Both the position numbers and the translations under genes were made by a program. From Octopus vulgaris (lineage: Eukaryota): a DNA stretch of 64,000 nucleotides. The notes under the pieces are model-generated. The model was not told the origin of the DNA. It worked only from the letters and a program-made list of their open reading frames with translations, and ran no database searches. This document shows positions 1-12,660 of the stretch, piece after piece. Within the stretch, counting starts at the first letter, position 1. The number at the start of each line of letters is the position of its first letter. Where the stretch lies: the NCBI GenBank assembly GCA_951406725.2, contig OX597814.1:87854001-87918000 (forward strand), given 5' to 3'.

Positions 1-290
1 TTCGTTTTCACGATCATCGTAAACGGTCTCCCATTTGATGCTGTGTTCCTCCCAATCGGTTTGAGGCTCTGGCTATTAATCGGAAGTAATGGAAGTTCGT
101 GTATGATGCTGGAGCAGATCGCTTTGAAACCGAATGCAGGAGATTGCATAAAAGGAGGAGGCGACGTCGTCATCAACCCTTCCACTCTGCAGCGGTTGTA
201 GGGATCACTTTCAATGCACCCAGTGCCACAGTATCAGCTTATCTCATTTCGGTCTTGTCAGTCACGTCCGCTCCCATGAGAAACAATGTG
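1..290 (+). mobile_element. 3' end of RTE-like LINE (degenerate)
   Basis: Reads ...WKFVYDAGADRFETECRRLHKRRRRRRH, then after a frameshift FQCTQCHSISLSHFGLVSHVRSH, a C2H2 finger typical of RTE ORF C-termini. Confidence 0.6.
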
Positions 291-296
291 CTGGAG

Positions 297-1249
297 GCGG
301 TGGAGGATGCATGCGAAGGTGGTTTGCAAAGTTTAAAGCCGGAGAGTTTAGCTTGGAAGAAGACAGTCGTAGTGGAGGACTTTCAGAATTGGATGATGAT
401 GTTTTGAAGGCAAAAATCGAAGAAAACTAAAAAATCACGACTAGAGAACTTGCTGAGGAGTTAGAAGTTTCTAAAAGTACGGCCCATGAACACCTAGTGA
501 AGCTAGGATACATTTCTCGCTATAATGTATGGGTCCCTCACAAACTCTCAGAAAAAAATTGCTTTGGCCTGTATTCCATTTGTGATATGTTTTTGAAACG
601 GAATGAAAGCATATCTTTTTTGAAACAACTTGCAACTGGAGATAAAAATGTAGTGCAAAAAAGATCCTGGAGTTTGCGTAATGATTCCCCCAAAACTGCC
701 ACCAGAGACGAATATCTATGCCAAGAAAGCTATGCTTTGCGTTTGGTGGGATCATAAAGGCATTATTTATTATGAGCTTCTTCCACAAATCCAGACCATT
801 AGTTCTGATGTGTACCATCATCAGCTGGCTAATTTGAAGAAAAAAAAAAAAATCTCAGAATCGAGGTCAGAGATTGCTAACAGGAAAAGGGTAGTGTCCC
901 AATACGATAATACCCGACCACATATGCCTTTGGCTACCTGAACAAAGTTACATGAACTTGGCTGGGCTCTCTTATCCCATCCACCATATGATATTTCGCC
1001 ATCAGTCTACCACTTGTTTTTGTTCTACAGAACTCATTGCAAGGAAAAACATTTAACGATTTAGATGCAGTCAAAATGCATCTAGACAACTTTTTTCTTC
1101 AAAATCAGTAAAATTTTATGCTGATGGAATATTTAAATTGCCTAATAAAGTGGCAAAGGTCATTGAAATGATGAAAATGATTTCATTGAATAAAATTTAT
1201 TGAACGGTCAAATATTTAAAAGACGCTCAGAATTTTCCGGACAACCTAA
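297..1249 (+). mobile_element. Mariner transposon remnant, 5'-truncated, transposase pseudogene
   Basis: Motifs RRWFAKFKAG, WVPHKL, ATGD, KAMLCVWWD, DNTRPH and HPPYDISPSVYHLF across frameshifts. Right TIR ...ttttccggacaacctaa is followed by TA. Confidence 0.9.
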
Positions 1250-1554
1250 TATATTTTCTGTGAGAAAAATGTACGCTCTGAATGCATATAATAAATATAA
1301 TTATTAAATACTACATTATTATTGGTAACTAATTTCGTTTGGGCGCTGGCTGCAAAGCGTAAGCTTAGAACAGTGATTCTCAAACAGGAAGCACCTCGTT
1401 ATCAGTGGAGGAATTTCAGTTATGAGAGGAAATCTAAACACGAAAGAATGTACACTGATATATATATATTTGACACCATGTGAAGCCGACAGACTCCGTA
1501 CCTTAGTGGGTGGCTAATATGTGTCTTCCACGCTGTAATTGTTACATGAAGCTA

Positions 1555-1791
1555 AACGACCTGCACAAATTTGTTTGTAGTGATCAAATGTATGTGCTGT
1601 ACATTAGCTCACTTCCTCCATCAAATCGATGTTGCCTGAACAAGTGCACGGTGTGCCACGCGTCAGGTGTCGAAATGATCACAGAGCAACGTGAGATGGA
1701 GAGTTTTGCTCAAGAACACAACACACCACTCGGTCTAGGAGTTGAAATCACGATTTCGCGATCAATAGTGTAACAGCTTAGGCCATGCGTC

Positions 1792-1795
<4 letters not shown>
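1555..1795 (-). mobile_element. tRNA-derived SINE (same family as 30172-30420)
   Basis: Reverse complement aligns with 30172-30420 (gtgttcttgagcaaa...gatcatttcg...gatttgatg...catttgatca). Confidence 0.7.
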
Positions 1796-1843
<48 letters not shown>

Positions 1844-2235
1844 ATGGCACAAGAAGCCAGCGTCATTTTGAACGAGATCTCAGCGGTAGCCATTGCCATT
1901 CGCGAGACAAGAACGAGATTCTCGCCGGCAACCAGTATTTAAGCAAGAAACAACGACATTCACTTTCATAAATTTTCCATTCAATTATACATACATACAT
2001 ACATAGATACATACATACATATGTAGCGGTACACATTTATTCTTTTCGTATATATTATAAGCGACCGTGCGGTGTAAGTCACCGTGCCATTCATAAGTCA
2101 CCTCTCCTATGCACGGTCGTTCTTACATATACATACATACATACATACATACATACATACATACATACATACACATACACACACACACACACATACATAC
2201 ATACATACATACATACATACATGCACACACGCACG

Positions 2236-2270
<35 letters not shown>

Positions 2271-2280
2271 CCACACACAC
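1795..2280. repeat. (TA)n, (TACA)n and (CA)n microsatellite cluster
   Basis: Directly visible simple repeats with short unique spacers. Confidence 0.9.
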
Positions 2281-2812
2281 CGGATGAAATACCATTATAC
2301 ACAACCACAAAGGCGACCACAAATTAATAGTAAAAACAAACAAGCAAACAAACAATTCCTGCAATTCCTGCTCCAGACTTAATCCCGCTTGAGAGTATTC
2401 AATTATCGAGGTTTGAAAAGCGTGCTAATGTTAATATTATCGTCGAGTGGAATTTGTTAATTGGCTTTTAGAAGTTGCCAACGACTGGAGGTCTAGACTT
2501 GACAGCAGAGATGAAGGCCAGCATCACTTAACATACGTATCCCGAATTGTCAGTGCCTGTCTGAAATATATTCTGAGACAAAGTTGAAAAAGAGATTTCA
2601 TATCTCTAAGCTTGTCTTCTTTTTTTAAACTAAGTTTCACAGTTGTTGACATTGGGGATTAGCTGACACACACAAAATAATAATAATAATAATAATTATA
2701 ATAATAATAAATGACGAAAACGAATAAAGATTTTCAAAATTTAACATTTGCTTTCCAGATTTCCATGGCAATAAAATGCTTTTGGCCTTTCCTACAATTT
2801 ATTTGGGTATTA

Positions 2813-3006
2813 CCGTATTTTCCAGCACACATGTCAAATTTTTCAGGCCAAAGTTTACAGCCAAAACGGTAGGTCGACTTATTCACCAAGACGACTTTGG
2901 AAAACAGAAATTTCATTTGAAATGCGACGGGATTGGGGAAAGATTCTGACGATCCTTGAATGGTTTTACAATCTGTTTACGTCAACTTGTATACTGGAAA
3001 GTACGG
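2813..3006. mobile_element. Tc1/pogo-type MITE
   Basis: TA|ccgtattttccag ... ctggaaagtacgg|TA: terminal inverted repeats with TA flanks. Confidence 0.6.
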
Positions 3007-3402
3007 TAAATCAAATGGAAGTTTTATGATCCGTTGAAATAAGGATCTAATTTTAATTTGATTGCAATTAAAAAAAAAACAAACTAACGCTTTAAGTTGT
3101 TTCTATGTATTTCACACATGCCTGTTATTTTCCTTGATCATTTATACATACTTCTTATTTATCTCCAAGTTATTTCTTTTGTTTTAAACATTGGGCTCTG
3201 ATACAATTATTTTATCAATAATAAACATTATTTGGGAGCTTCAAGATTGGATTCTTGAAATAATCATTTAGTTCTATGTATCCTTAACATTGGTTTACTC
3301 AGAATGTAGAGAGGGGCTAAATGGCGCTAAACATTTTTTCCGGCGTGCTAGCAATTCTCCCAGCTCACCACCTTTAGTGTATCCTTAATATTACCACTTC
3401 GG

Positions 3403-3612
3403 AAGGCGGCGAGCTAGCAGAATCGTTACGGCGTAGGATAAAAGGCTTAGCAACATTTCTTCCGACTTTACGTTTTGAGTTCAAACGCTACCGGGGTCAA
3501 CTTTGCCTTTAATCTTTTCTATAATATAAACTGCAGTTGAGCACCAAGGTCGATGCAATCGATTTGCTCACTTCCTAGAAATTGCTGGCCTTATGCCAAA
3601 ATTTGAAACCAA
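3403..3612 (+). mobile_element. tRNA-derived SINE with Nin/Deu-like core; inverted partial head at ~3325-3375
   Basis: aaggcggcgagctagcagaatcg (A box) ... gagttcaaac (B box); same family as the 4592-6365 array. Confidence 0.75.
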
Positions 3613-3797
3613 TATTCTCACTTTGGTTGAATATAATGTTTTTGGTGAATATCAACTGATTCAAATAACTTATTTGTTCAGACCTGAAATAGATAGACTC
3701 GATAAAAAGCATATATATTCCAAAATACGTTACATTAAATTACGGAGATGTACTTGCATTGCGAGTGACTTGATCTGAGATCGTGTGCTGGAACGAA

Positions 3798-4084
3798 AAC
3801 AATTGCAGCGTGGAAGGTGTTTATAATCCATTTAAGAAACACACAAAAACCGTTAGATTCATTTCAACATTTAAATTTAATTTGTCAAAATATTTTCGTC
3901 GCTTTGAGACCGCGACCTGTTCACTGACAAAACTTTGTGCTGCACGAAGTTTTGTCAGTGAACAGGTCGCGGTCTCAAAGCGACGAAAATATTTTGACAA
4001 ATTAAATTTAAATGTTGAAATGAATCTAACGGTTTTTGTGTGTTTCTTAAATGGCTTATAAACACCTTCCACGCCGCAATTGTT
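3798..4084. repeat. Near-perfect 287-bp palindrome centred at 3941
   Basis: The arms are reverse complements with only a few mismatches; the ORF track shows nearly identical peptides on both strands. Confidence 0.97.
3951..4001 (+). ncRNA. Hammerhead-ribozyme-like fold with G3-C8 core variant (mirror copy at 3881-3931 on -)
   Basis: tttgtca GTGAACA g gtcgc ggtctcaaa gcgac GAAA atat TT tgacaaa: 7-bp stem I, 5-bp stem II, palindromic stem III. Confidence 0.6.
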
Positions 4085-4591
4085 ACATTAAATGTTATGT
4101 GATTTAAGATAGAAGGCTGTAGATAATTTAGTATCTAGCCGCACAGAAAGAATGATTTTTGAAGTTATATTTCTATTTCTACTATCACAGTCTGCAAGGT
4201 GTTTTATTTTGAAAAATTACCGCTTCAATCTGTGCCTCTTTACTGCATTGCTCTAAATCAGTTTTTCTTTTCTTTTTTCACGTACCGAGTAATGAAGTCC
4301 ACAGACTAACTATATGAATTATAAAAGTGCGTGATACCTTGGGCTGAGGAAAATTTCTTTCATGAAATTGATCTGTGATGCAAGAAAGATTAGGAACAGC
4401 TGATTAAAAAAAACACACTCTTTGTGTATGCAGCATTCTAGTACATTTAGCTAAGTAATATTTCTTATGTACATATTGGAAACGATAATTATAGAGTCGA
4501 TTGCCTAGTTTCATGCAGCTGGTACATATATTTTTTCTCAAAACACTGGAAAATAGAGTGTTCTTAACTATTTTCATTATTAAATAACTTT

Positions 4592-6365
4592 AAGGCGCCG
4601 TGCTGGCCGAATCGTAAAGCGCACCGGACAAAATGCTTAAAGCGGCATTTCGTCCGTCTTTACGTTCTGAGTTCAAATTCTGCCGAGGTTGACTTTGCCT
4701 TTCATCTTTTCGGGGTCGATAAATTAAGTACCGGTGAAACAGTGGGGTCAATGTAATTGATTAGTCTTTTCCCCTCAAAATTTCAGACCTTGTGCCTTTA
4801 GTAGAAAAGATTTAAATTGCTTTAAGGCGACGAGCTGGCAGAAATGTTAACACGCCGGGCGAAATACTTAGCGGTATTTCGTCTGTCTTCACTTTCTGAG
4901 TTCAAATTCCGCTGAGGTCGACTTTGCCTTTCATCCTTTCGAGGTCGATAAATTAAGTATCAGTTACGCACTGGGATCGATATAATCGACTTAATCCGTT
5001 TGTCTGTCCTTGTTTGTCCTCTCCGTGTTTAGCCCCTTGTGGGTGGTAAAGAAATAGGTATTTCGTCCATCTTCTGAGTTCAAATTGCCCCGAGGTCGTC
5101 TTTGACTTTCATCCTTTCGAAGTCGATAAAACAAGTGCTAGTCATGTACTAAGATCGATGTAATCGACTTACCCCTTCCCCGAAATTGCCGGCCTTGTGC
5201 CAACATTTGAAACGGTTATTAGATAGTATTTAAAGGCGGTGAGCTGGTAGAACCGTTAGTACCCCGGACGAAATACATTGCAGTATTTCGTTCGTTTTTA
5301 CGTCCTGAGTTCAAATCACACCAAGGTCGACTTTGTCATTCACCCTTTCGGGGATCAATAAAATAAGTGCCAGTTGACCACTAGAGTCGTTGTAATCGGC
5401 TAGCCCTTTCCTTTAAAATTGCTAGCCTTGTGCCAAAATTTTAAACTTATGATTAAGCAGTCTTTAGAAAGTGGCAGATTTTTCAAAATCGCTTGAGCAT
5501 TAGACAAAATGTCTTGCAGTATTTGTTTCGGCTCATTACATTCTGTGTTCAAATCCTGCCGGGATGAACTTTACCTTTCATCCATCCGAGGTCGATAAAA
5601 TAAAGTATCACCTCAAATACTTAGCCGATATAATAGTCTAATCCCTGCTCTCAAAATGGCTGGACTTTTACCTAAATTAGAAATGATTATAAAACAGTCT
5701 TTACAGGCTGATGGGTTGTCAAAATCGTTAGATCATTAATTATAACGGCTGTTTAGTTTCTGAATTCAAATCACGCTGATGCTAGTTTTTCTTTTCATCC
5801 TTTCGGGGTCAATGAAATAAAGTTCCATCCTACTGGAGTCAATGGTATCAACTAGCTTCCTCTCCTCATAATTGCTGACCATGAGCTTAAATCGGAAACC
5901 ATTATTAAAACGCCTACATAGGACGGTGGATTTGCAAAATTATTCGATCGATGGACAAAATGCTTTCGGTATTTATAGCAGCATTCTAGACTCTGAGTTC
6001 AACTCCAGCAGAGGTTAAATTTACCTTTCATCCTTCAGGGTCATTAAAATACAGTATCAGTTAAGTACCAGGGTCAATATAATCAACTGTTCCTTTGACC
6101 TAAATTTTAGACCTTGTCTCTATGTAAGAAACCAATATTCGGGTCGGTGGGTTAGCAGAATCATTAGAGCGTCAGTCTTGACAAATATTACATGCCCATG
6201 CGATATTTGTTCCGGCTTTACGTTCTGAGTTCTAAACCTGCCGGCAACAGCTATATCTTTCATTCTTTTGCGGCCGATAAAATAAAAAAGTGCTCAGGTC
6301 GATTTAAGCGACTAACCCTTCCCTTAGAATTTCTGGTCTTGTACCTATGTTAGGAACAGTTTTCA
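4592..6365 (+). repeat. Head-to-tail array of ~8 tRNA-derived SINE units (~230 bp period)
   Basis: Units start near 4592, 4823, 5055 (partial), 5233, 5469, 5704, 5920 and 6141. Each has a gagttcaaat-type B box and a ctttcatcctttcggggtcgataaa-type core. Confidence 0.85.
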
Positions 6366-6599
6366 AATAGTCTTTCGTAAATGTCGACTATTTCCAAAAG
6401 TAAAATAAAATTCTTTACACTTAACTCCTAATATCAACTACAACAACTAATTGACTGTTGGAAATGATCACATTACAATCAAACTTAATTATTAAAGCAG
6501 AAATCTATATCAGTACTGTTTAATTTATTTGCCATCCTTATTCATTTGTTCTACTTTTGTTGATAGAAAAATGTTCATGGCTTGTAAAGACATAATATT

Positions 6600-6745
6600 A
6601 GTGGAACATCAGTGAGACAACGGATAAGTTCATGTCTCGGGGCCGTATTCACGAGTAACGGGAAGCAGGCGGCTGGATTGGCTACTGGAACAGTAGGTGC
6701 AGGCACGGTAATGCGCCAGCTCCAGTGTTCGATTCCCAGAAGACG
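6600..6745 (+). mobile_element. Short RTE-like RT fragment
   Basis: Reads ...DKFM/LGAVFTSNGKQ...GAGTVMRQL, resembling the RTE FKYLGxxFTSDG motif. Confidence 0.45.
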
Positions 6746-7103
6746 AGAGATTAATAATAAATAAATGTGTAGATAAATAAACCAATCTCATTATTTTCAA
6801 TTTATTTTCTCGCCTAACCTCACCTATGGTCATGAATGTTGAATAATGAACGAAAAAGAGATCGTAGAGTAGTCATCCTTTCTGGCTTGAAGTTGGGGAG
6901 AGCATACATGTGGATATAACTGTGAAGTCTTGCTGGTTTTCTATGACCTGACGCTTGTAGGGATTGTCGCCGATTGCAACTTGAAGTAAGAACAACTTTA
7001 TTTGTGTCTTACAAGCTATTTCGCACGTCGTTACCAGTTGTGAAAATACGTCTTAGTTTTTTTTTTCTCCTCGTTTTGGCGCCTTTCCGACCGCCGACGC
7101 GCG

Positions 7104-7394
7104 ATGGCCACTAAAATTAGAATCAGTAGCGATATATTGAAACCGTTTGCTGGGGAAGGTGATAATGTGGCCTGGATAAAAAAGGTGAGACTCGTGGCAA
7201 AGCTGCAGGGTACTGAAGATGTGGCTACCCTTATGCCGCTGTACTTAAAAGGCCGTACGCTGAATCTCTACACAGAAATAAACAAAGCGGATCAGGTGAA
7301 AGTGGAAAAAATTGAAGAGCGTCTGAAGGACGCGTACTCGGAAGGGGCGTTCAAAGCCTACAGCAAGCTTGGGAGAGTAAGATGGACGGGCTAG
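7104..7394 (+). pseudogene. gag-like ORF of the LTR element (interrupted by stops)
   Basis: MATKIRISSDILKPFAGEGDNVAWIKKVRLVAKLQ... lies just downstream of the LTR/PBS. Confidence 0.7.
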
Positions 7395-9299
7395 TAGGCC
7401 GATAATTATGTGAGCGAGATAAAAAGGTTAGCGAGCTTAGCAGGGTTTACTGGAGAAGCGATGGAGAGGATGAGCAGCGATGGAACGATAGAGCGATGAA
7501 GCTGGCTTTTGTGACCGGATATCCCGATCATATCTCAGTACGTTTGCAGATGCCGGACATCGAAATGATGTCAGTAGGAGAAATGGTGGATAGTTGAGAG
7601 TTGGAGAGGAAACATCAGTCTCAGTGCGGTGGATGGCAGGGAAGTCAGATGATGTGTCAGCGAAATGGAACTGGAGATACAGGGGTCAGTGTTGAAGCTG
7701 TAGGTGTTTGTAGTTGATGAGATGGTGGACTGTGTCGACGTAGTGGTCAAAATGGACGTGATCCACGTTTGGGCGGCGTCACGGTTGGTGGAGCAGGAGT
7801 AAAATTTGGTGACCGGTGCGCTGTGTGCTGTGAGCGTGGAGCAGAGAAAGAAGGCTGTAGGAGTGACAGGTTATCGTCAACGAGAGGGGATACCGTAGGC
7901 GCAATTGAAGATGAGGAGTTCTGTGTTGCTGGACGGTAGAATACTATTGGAAAGAAGAACCCCCATGCTGAGAAAAAGAGTAAGTTGCTATGAGCACACA
8001 CTGAAAGGAGAAGCCAGGTTAGGGTTCGAGAGAGAGGTGGACAGAAGGATAGAGGAAGGTATTTTCATACCATAAAGAGAAGAGACGACAAGAGACGGCA
8101 GCTGCTGATGGTTGTAATTTAGCTGACAAAGAATAAAGTTCCAACAGTGATGGTCTTTCGAGAGTTGAGCGAACACGTGTCCCACCACATGGACAGTGAG
8201 GCAGTGGTTGTGTGTGGGAAAACCCTGCAGGAGTGGATGCGAATAACAGGAGCGACTCCGATCGTCGCCCTCAAGTTGGCCTATTTGCAGCTCCACGTGT
8301 CCGAGAAGTTGTGGAGGTACCAACTAGTGAGGTATAGAGCAGAATATATAGACTGGATTTTGGCCTAAGTTCAGCGCCGAAGATCGTAGCGAAGGTTCTT
8401 AATGCGGTTTTAGGAAAAGAGACTAAAGTGGAGCAGGCTACCAGTTCATATACTGATGACATCCTGGTCGATGAGAGCGTAGCATAGGCAGAGGAAATTG
8501 TGAATCATCGTAAGAGGTTCGCATTGACAAAACCACCAGAGGCTATAGAATGAGGCTCAGGCTCGAACGAGATAAAGTGGGTTGGCTTGTGTTTCGCAGA
8601 GGAAACGAAATTCCGGACCTATATCAGGATATGGATAGTCGAGGGATGTTCTCGATGTGTGGCAAGCTGATAGATCACTACCCTGTCGCAGGATAGATCC
8701 GAACGGCATGTAGCTATATCAAAAGGCGAGCAGAAGGAGTGAACTGGGGTGATAAAGTGGGAGAGAAGACGACTGAGAGTGGGAACGGAAGATCCAGTGA
8801 AGGGCTAGGGTTAGGGTTAGGGCAGCTGGTATGTGCCTGACACACAAAAAAGAATCGTGTGGTGTGACGCAAGCAGTATAGCGTTGGCAGTCATTCTAAA
8901 AATAGGAGGTGTTAAGGTGGTAGACGCGGCGTGGCTCAGGAAGAAGAACGACTACAACCACATCATTCTAGCTTAACTGGATGCTGTATTAAAGGTTCTG
9001 AACCTAAGATTGAGAGGGTGACTGCAAACTGTCAAGATTCGGACCGATTCCCACGGTAAGGGGGCAGTGGCATCAGTGATCACCAACCAGAAGAGGATCT
9101 ACATGAAAGGGGCACGGAAATGGTGATTAAGCGTCGTCTGGGAACCGTGAGGGAGCTAGCCGCTGAGTTCGGCCTGAAGTTGCATGAGTTCTTCGTGCTC
9201 TGGGAAAAGAATAAGGCGGATGTTCTCACCAGAGTATAAAAGCACTGGTTGGAAACGACAAAGGATGTTTCGAGTGGAGTGGTTGAAGCTTGTAGGCTG

Positions 9300-10080
9300 G
9301 AGGAGACTGAGGAGTTTGCACAACATGCACCAGATGGAGGTCGGCAGGACGTTGTTTTTGGCCAGGACGGTCTACTCCGATGTCATCAGCGTTCGGAAGG
9401 TAGTGGGAAATTGCAACTGGTGCCAATCCATTGACCCTAAACCGAGTGCTCACGAAACAGGAGAAATTCGTGGGGAGGAAGACTGGAAGAGGCTAGCCAT
9501 AGACGTGACACGCTATCGGGGAAAGGTATACCTTTTAATGGTCGACTATTGGCCGGGGCGAATGACTATATGGAGAGATCAGGGCAGAGACTGCGGCCGA
9601 AATCGCAGAAGTACCGAACGCAGTGTTTTTGGAAAGAGGGCTTGTAGAGTTTTTTGCTCAGAGAAGCTCAGGGAGATGTTCGAATGGTGGAATATAAAAC
9701 GTTTCTTCAGAGCTGCATACAGGCCCGATGGAAATGGAATTGTGAAACGGCACCATCGTACGTCTGAGAAGGGACTGAGAGGGGAGTAATCTCCCCTCTG
9801 GAGGCAGTCTTCTGGTACAACATGTCGCCCAGGGCGGGGCAAATTGAAGAGTCAGTCCCGCAAAAGGCTATATTCCAGTATAAATGAATACAAACGAGTG
9901 TTGTGCCATAACAGCCAGAGGTGGAAGGGATCACATCTGTACAGGTCGGAGACGAAGTGTGGGCGAAGTCCCCGAATGCTCGGTGTAGAACTTAGTGGAA
10001 GAAAGGAAGGGTGACTGCGATCAGTAGTCCGAATAATGTATCGGTAGATGCAATGCCGCGTCACGTTTTGGACATTTGAA
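9300..10080 (+). pseudogene. Integrase (HHCC + DDE + C-terminal VGDEVW domain), disrupted
   Basis: ORF 9184-9789 plus downstream VGDEVWAKSP...WKKGRV. Confidence 0.75.
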
Positions 10081-11339
10081 AGGTGATTAGCTTCTCCGAT
10101 GACGAAGAGGAGGGAGAGGTCGTCCCGTGACCCTGTTGAAATCTCAAAGGGAACGTCGCCCCGACCACAGGAGAATGGACGATTTCGAAACGGAATGGAG
10201 GAGCAGTGATTTTTAAATTAGGGATCGGGGACGTGTGGGGGAAGGATGAGTGACCGGAAGTGACGTCACGAAGGGACAGGAATGGAGAGGAAATGACGCC
10301 ACGTCGAGAAGCGGCGGGTTCAAATAACTTCTTTCTTACGGGTCTGTGGCGAGCGAGAGATCTGTGCAGCGATCGATCGTAGAGTAATAGTCCTTTCTGG
10401 CCAGAGGCTGGGGAGAGCTTACACGTGGATGCAACTGTGAGGTCTTGCTAGTTTCCTGAGACCTGACGTTTGGAGGGAATGTCGCCGATTGCAGCTCGAG
10501 GTAAGAGCAACCTTTATTTGTGCCGAAACTCGGATTGCTTCGTCACAGTTTGTCTCGACTCTGCTTTCTTTGTTCCTATTAATTTATTTGTACTTCAGTA
10601 CTCAGCAAGTACTCTAACCTTATTTCTTTTATATATGAAAAATTATCTGAAGGTCACTTCAAACCGCAAGCAGTTCCCGATAGATGACATCATCCCTCAA
10701 CCTTTTCTCTTCCTTATTTCCCGAACACAAACTTCTTCCAAGACTATGAAACTGAAAACATCTACTAACCAGCAGCAATGTAAATGGAATATTATTTGTA
10801 CTACCTCTCTCAGTTAATTTGAGTCACTTTATCCTTCAGTTTTGGAGGCGTAAAATATGGCTATGGGTGTAGCTCACTTCTAAACTAAAAAATTAAAAAA
10901 AGCTCTCTCGTCAGTATCGGTTACAATTGGAGTGGCATTTCGTTACCTAGCTGTCTAAACATAAATTCTTTACTACTGACATCAATAGATGTCCAATGAA
11001 TTTTACAGTCGAAGCTTCACTTCTTTAGTTAGAGCATCATGGCAGAAATCCAATTTTTCCTAAGCTTGCTAGATTTATCTGACATTTTCATTTGGTATCC
11101 TACTGTTTGAGATTCAACACCCCCCCACCAAAACAGAATAAAAACAAATAAAAATAACAATGTATAAATAATCGTCATTGTTTTCATTCTGCCAAAATGT
11201 TATCCTAAGTCACTGACACTCTAAATGAAACTCGTTCAAATCTCTGATTCATTCACAAATGGCATCATCTCACACACCAATCCTTCTTTATTTTCTGTAC
11301 ACAAATTTCATCCAATCCGAACTACTTTTAGCAATCACT

Positions 11340-11670
11340 CGCGACTGACACTCAGCTTGATAGCGACTGACTTCGCATCGGCGTTTCCCTGAAGCTTGGC
11401 CTCCAGATCTGTGAAACTCACAAATATCGCTGCGGATCCACTATGGATTCTTTCGGCCTCCACCTATCGTCTTGCCATCATAGTGCTGGCCCCCTTCCAC
11501 GTTATGCTGCCCTTAACGAAATCATAAAGCATGGCCTAGACGCCGCAGCTCGAGCCAGTGGGGTGAGACCGAAGATACGGTAAACGGCATGACCGTATGA
11601 CAACTTTCAATTTTCCCGATCAATGATGGTAGGCCCTTCATCAGGGATGTCACGTGCTGTGACATCTTCT
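11340..11670 (+). mobile_element. CRE-like (restriction-like endonuclease) non-LTR retrotransposon fragment
   Basis: LRIGVSLKLGLQICETHKYRCG...GLHLSSC...ALNEIIK...GKRHD...DVTCCD; homologous in pattern to 19570-20450. Confidence 0.65.
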
Positions 11671-12329
11671 TCTACTGACATTAAGCTTAAGGATTATATA
11701 ATGTACAATTATAAAGAAATAATTAAAGAAAAATAGGACTCATTATATTGAATGTTATCGATGATATCGAGTGGAAATTGGGGGTGCTGCAGTTCTGCAG
11801 TGCCTATACACGAGCTGCCACTGGTCCTCATACCAACCTACACCAATGCTATACTGGCGCACATTTTTGGCTAGCAGCAACTGCTACAATAACAACAGTA
11901 GGAAGCAACGGCAATAGTCATTATCTTTTTATAATATATTAGTGCGCCATTTCGATCATCTACTCAGACCTACTAGTGCCTACGTCATCACATTTAATAA
12001 CCAACACAATAATTTTAGTACTCTCGGTAATAAAAACATCACGAGCTCACACCTAGGATATTCATAGGTTCAACACCGTTACCAAATCTTATCATCTTTC
12101 ACAAATGCAGTTTTTATAATATCGAATTCTACAACGAACTATTTCACTTGTTTAATGATACATCGAAAATACGTGGTACCAAGGAACGCAATATTATATG
12201 CGTATGTGTACTTTAGACTCGCATAAGTTTCTACAGATTCACTTGCATGAAAACAAACAGATTCTGTGGAATAATTCGTAAGTCGCGCGCACGACATGCA
12301 GACATATCTACATCACGGGTGTAGTATGT

Positions 12330-12660
12330 TACTTCTTCCCCCCATATACATTTTTGTGCAGACACCCATATATAAATTCATGCTGTGTCGGGTAGAATGC
12401 TTCACAGAATTAGTTCTGACTTGTTGAGTCCAAACCCTCTCTCGAGCTTGTATCTTCACATCAGTGGTGGAGGTTGATAGGCGTCTTGCTCCCTCTTCAT
12501 GCTTCGCGCTTGTCCGGCCATTTTCCATTTAAATACGGGGTAGAGCGCTATACCCGTATTACACTGAAAGCTTGCAATGAATTTTCTTCCACGACACACC
12601 TTCAGACCAGAAAAATCAAATCATTGATCTCTGTTATTACTTGGTGCTCATTACCAGCGG
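12330..12660 (-). mobile_element. Mariner N-terminal fragment
   Basis: ENGRTSAKHEEGARRLSTSTTD resembles the mariner GRTSVxD...GRPSTS linker. Confidence 0.5.

Larger units (their letters stand above)
6860..10547 (+). mobile_element. Degenerate Ty3/gypsy-like LTR retrotransposon
   Basis: Diverged direct repeats at 6860-7006 and 10376-10523. 3' LTR TG..CA at ~10234-10547 follows a purine-rich tract. PBS-like tggcgcc at ~7077. Gag-like ORF at 7104; RT (FGLSSAPK...YTDD, ~8350-8465); RNase H (WCDAS...LDAV); integrase (H..H..CNWC, LAIDVT, GNGIVKRHHRT). Order RT-RH-IN. Confidence 0.85.

Noticed and set aside
3783-4072. Two near-identical ORFs on opposite strands
   Set aside because: A consequence of the palindrome; no protein motif.
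4592-6365. CRISPR-like or tRNA-gene array
   Set aside because: Units are ~230-bp homologous SINE copies with no unique spacers and no cas genes, in a eukaryotic context.
6678-6740. tRNA/Pol III-like boxes (tggctactgg ... gttcgattcc)
   Set aside because: No cloverleaf, and the segment translates as an RTE-like RT fragment (LGAVFTSNGKQ).
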